A DNA stretch of 64,000 nt, taken from assembly GCA_026770705.1 (NCBI GenBank), contig JANJGN010000002.1, positions 45,694,001-45,758,000 of the forward strand. Reading direction: 5' to 3'. This document shows, piece after piece, positions 62,959 through 64,000 of the stretch; within the stretch, counting starts at the first letter, position 1; every line of letters begins with the position of its first letter. Below the pieces are notes generated by a model. That model saw only the letters and a program-made list of their open reading frames with translations. It was not told where the DNA came from and made no database searches. Both the position numbers and the translations under genes were made by a program. This DNA comes from Isurus oxyrinchus. Taxonomy: Eukaryota.

Positions 62959-64000
62959 TCGGATTTTCATGGGGGCATCCTCTTAACTGACATGGAGTTA
63001 GGTTCCTGTCCAATTAAGGGGAGCAGGCAGGCTCTTGAAGGTGGAAAGCCAATCAGAGGTCTTCCAGTTTGAGAAGAGCAGTACCCTGCAATGGATGGCA
63101 AGTAACTAATAGTTCAACATGGAGTACTCTCTCACTAACATTTTTAAAACCTAAAAAAAGACAAATACAACAGCCAGGCAACAACTGTGGTGGGGCAGGT
63201 GGGTGTGGGGTGGGGGGTGGTTGCCGGAAGTGTGGGGGGGAGGAGGAAAGAAGTGTGGAGACTGCCTGGAGTGCTGGCCTCCTGGCCTGTTGCTGGGTGC
63301 CCACTTATAGGCAGATAAACTCCTGTCAGATCAGGAGATGGGTGGATAGGCTGCCTGACAAAAATGGCCAACATTGGGACCGGGGTTGGGAAATCGGCGA
63401 AGCCGGTATGTTCAGGCCCTCTGTTCCCACCCTCAGCTAGGCCTGAAAGTTCAGTCCCAAGAGACAGTAAAAATATTCAAACCCCAAAGGTAGTTCTAAG
63501 AAAAGACATGGGTTTGAATATTTTGTTCCTCAAGCGCGCAGGCCCAGGAGCAGATGGGAAACGGGATCCCGGCCAGTGTGAAATGTCCGTTGAGAAATGC
63601 TCGGCACTGCAGGTGGGGGCGGGACGAGGACGGGTACCGATGTCACCATGGATGCTGGTGAGCGCTTCCAGTGACCTCCCTGAAGGCAGATAGCTGCCTC
63701 AGGGAGCTGCAGGCCTCCATAGAATAAACAAAACAACAAAAATGCTGCAAAATATGTCCTTGCAGCTCAATCAAGCACCTGAAAGCAGACCTCATAAACA
63801 AAAGTCCCCAAATATCTCTTTCCATTTTATTTCCCAACAGAGATTTTACTCTGCCCTGGATTGAGGTTTGAGCACTATTGTAAAGGCTGCCTGGCAGATT
63901 GGCCCTGCCACCAACCATAATAGCTGATGGACCATGAAAAATCGCTTCCAATCGCCTCCTTAGTGGGCTTAATTGCTCGCTTAATTGTCAACAGGCGCTC
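62955..64000. mobile_element. Probable Harbinger-type non-autonomous element(s) running off the window end
   Basis: ggattttcatggg start, GC-rich, ccaattaagg and ttaattg motifs like the other MITEs; an internal gaaagttcagtccc end near 63458. Confidence 0.4.

Overview
Eukaryotic, repeat-dense DNA that looks intergenic or intronic. The repeat repertoire (CR1/HER1-like LINEs, a V-SINE, Deu-domain SINEs, tRNA-headed SINEs, Penelope-like termini, Harbinger elements) points to a cartilaginous fish (shark or ray); this taxon call is an inference. I found no confidently recognisable host protein-coding gene. The window is a nest of decayed mobile elements: two Gypsy (Mag-like) LTR retrotransposons, two full-length two-gene PIF/Harbinger transposons plus a third Myb-only remnant, several ~600 bp Harbinger-type MITEs, one Penelope-like element with several short inverted derivatives, an RTE LINE, CR1 fragments, SINEs and candidate solo LTRs. 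Four observations stand out. (1) In the first Gypsy element, RT and most of RNase H are replaced by an open 200-codon coiled-coil segment between protease and integrase. (2) Penelope-derived fold-back elements carry minimal hammerhead ribozyme relics on both strands. (3) The second Gypsy element has a tandem array of LTR-end plus PBS-like units. (4) A perfect 76 bp copy of flanking DNA sits inside a Harbinger gene. Coordinates were read by eye and may be off by a few bases.
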